This document shows positions 36,327-37,365 of a DNA stretch of 37,365 nucleotides, piece by piece. The notes beneath the pieces were generated by a model. That model made no database searches, was not told the DNA's origin, and was given only the letters and a program-made list of their open reading frames with translations. Source of the DNA: an uncultured Clostridia bacterium (GTDB lineage: Bacteria; Bacillota; Clostridia; TANB77; CAG-508). The stretch is from assembly GCA_944386145.1 (NCBI GenBank), contig CALWZZ010000002.1, positions 1 to 37,365 on the forward strand, in the 5' to 3' direction. The translations under genes and the position numbers were made by a program. Positions within the stretch are counted from its first letter, which is position 1. Each line of letters starts with the position of its first letter.

Positions 36327-36392
36327 ACTTAAGTAATAACACATTATTATTATTTTGTCAAATGTAATTTTTTTAAAAATTTTGAATTACTC

Positions 36393-36421
36393 TTGACTTT
36401 TACAAACAATTGTTTTATAAT
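36393..36421 (+). promoter_or_regulatory. Near-consensus promoter (TTGACT-17-TATAAT) about 175 nt upstream of the MazF-like gene
   Basis: Hexamers at 36393-36398 and 36416-36421. Confidence 0.6.
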
Positions 36422-36600
36422 ATTTTAAGCTTTTGAATTATATTAATATTAAATTCTAAAATTGTTTTACGTCCAAATTAATATATAAAAAATTATTTTA
36501 CTTATTAAATCTTATAAAATTTAGTAGATATTCAAATTTCACTTTCAAAAAAATAATAAAATATCAGTAAAAAGATATCAAAAAGAATATAATAGGAGGA

Positions 36601-37158
36601 ATGCTAATGCAAATAGAATTATCAAAAATACAAAATTTATTAGATTGGATGAAAACAAAAATTTATTTAGATACAATTTCAACCAATGCAATAAAAAGAG
36701 TAGTAAGAAGAGGAGAAGTTTATAAATGCAATTTTGGTATTGGAATTGGATCAGAAATGCAAAAAGAAAGACCTTGTATAATTGTTCAAAATAATACTAG
36801 AAATTCTCGTTCAGGAAATGTAATTGTTGTACCTATATCTCACACCAATAAGAAAATATCTTGTATAGTACCAATAAAAACTAGGATAGATAAAGAAAAT
36901 AATATTATTTTAGATGGTTATGCAAATGTTTCAAACTTAATGTGTGTAAGTAAAGCAAGGTTAAGCTCATATATAGCAACAATATCTAAGGAAGAAATGA
37001 AAAACATTGATATGGAATTATTTGCAACTTTAGATTTATTTAATTATTATAAGAAATTTGAAAGACAATTAAAAGATAAAGATCTATATATTTCAAAATT
37101 AAAAAATCAATTAACAGAATTAAAGAAAATTGCTAATACAGATTCTTATGAAATTTAA
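36601..37158 (+). CDS. PemK/MazF-family toxin-like protein with N- and C-terminal extensions
   Basis: Core RRGEVYKCNFGIGIGSEMQKERPCIIVQNN...NVIVVPISH matches the MazF/PemK signature. It has about 34 extra N-terminal residues and a coiled-coil tail of about 40 aa. RBS AGGAGGA. Alternative start at 36607. Confidence 0.7.
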   Translation: MLMQIELSKIQNLLDWMKTKIYLDTISTNAIKRVVRRGEVYKCNFGIGIGSEMQKERPCIIVQNNTRNSRSGNVIVVPISHTNKKISCIVPIKTRIDKENNIILDGYANVSNLMCVSKARLSSYIATISKEEMKNIDMELFATLDLFNYYKKFERQLKDKDLYISKLKNQLTELKKIANTDSYEI

Positions 37159-37291
37159 AAAAATTTCTAAAAAAGCTAGACAAATTCTTATAAATCATGA
37201 TACAATTAAATTACAATAAAGTTATTGCTAGAAGGCAATAATCGTAATAAGTTTTTAACAAGGAAGAGCCTAGAATGGCTCTTTAGTACAT

Positions 37292-37365
37292 GTGCGACAG
37301 GCATGTCATTTAACTAATCGGTGAAAGTCCGTAGTGGGGGTATATATCGCTAACCACATAGAGAA
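37292..37365 (+). mobile_element. Probable 5' end of a group II intron (truncated by the window edge)
   Basis: Begins GTGCGAC (group II 5' consensus GUGYG), followed by GGTGAAAGTCCG-type domain I sequence. A 7-bp hairpin (37264-37283) lies 8 nt upstream. Confidence 0.45.

Noticed and set aside
36468-36480. ACGTCCAAATTA in the MazF-like leader as a degenerate copy of the CGTCCCCAATT module
   Set aside because: The match is short and gapped, with no flanking stem or partner arm. It is not distinguishable from chance.
36422-36600. Type III (ToxI-like) tandem-repeat RNA antitoxin in the long leader of the MazF-like gene
   Set aside because: - I found no tandem repeat units in the leader, only short local hairpins.
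- There is no terminator between the leader and the ORF.

Overview
This is a very AT-rich chromosomal segment from a Firmicutes (Clostridia-like) genome. It is almost entirely plus-strand and dominated by cell-envelope and housekeeping genes.

Gene order:
- ftsE-ftsX, followed by three tandem coiled-coil M23 peptidase paralogs and a CtpA-type S41 protease.
- pgsA, greA, deoD (minus strand), argS.
- A small protein made of 42-bp tandem heptad repeats.
- An LCP (LytR-CpsA-Psr) gene and a VanZ gene.
- An approximately 15-kb Wzx/Wzy-type capsule/exopolysaccharide locus. It holds a priming sugar transferase, GT2, GT4, DUF1919, WbsX-like, EpsG/Wzy-like, DUF616, TupA-like ATP-grasp, a carboxyethyl-ornithine-synthase-like dehydrogenase, Wzx, a uronate epimerase and Ugd. 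Wzz, the BY-kinase and the PHP phosphatase sit at the 3' end.
- glmM, a small membrane protein, asd (minus strand), feoA-feoB.
- An orphan extended MazF/PemK-like gene, then what looks like the 5' end of a group II intron at the window edge.

No rRNA, tRNA, CRISPR array or intact transposase gene was seen.

The least explained signal is non-coding. Three very long, modular palindromic elements (8533-8673, 31816-32123, 33176-33398) share conserved cores (GTCCAATTGGGGACGTTTC and GGGACGGAG) displayed in sub-hairpins. One has perfect 76-bp arms. Two fill the space between convergent stop codons exactly, and one of those supplies the last 8 codons and the stop of asd. A second, unrelated structured repeat of about 85-100 nt lies upstream of two envelope genes, pgsA and the LCP gene.

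Other candidates for follow-up:
- The ATP-grasp plus opine-synthase-like pair beside the uronic-acid genes in the capsule locus.
- The His/Asp/Lys heptad-repeat protein.
- FtsEX with three M23 paralogs.
- The antitoxin-less MazF-like gene with a divergent candidate sRNA.

All family assignments come from recognising motifs in the translations. No database search was run.
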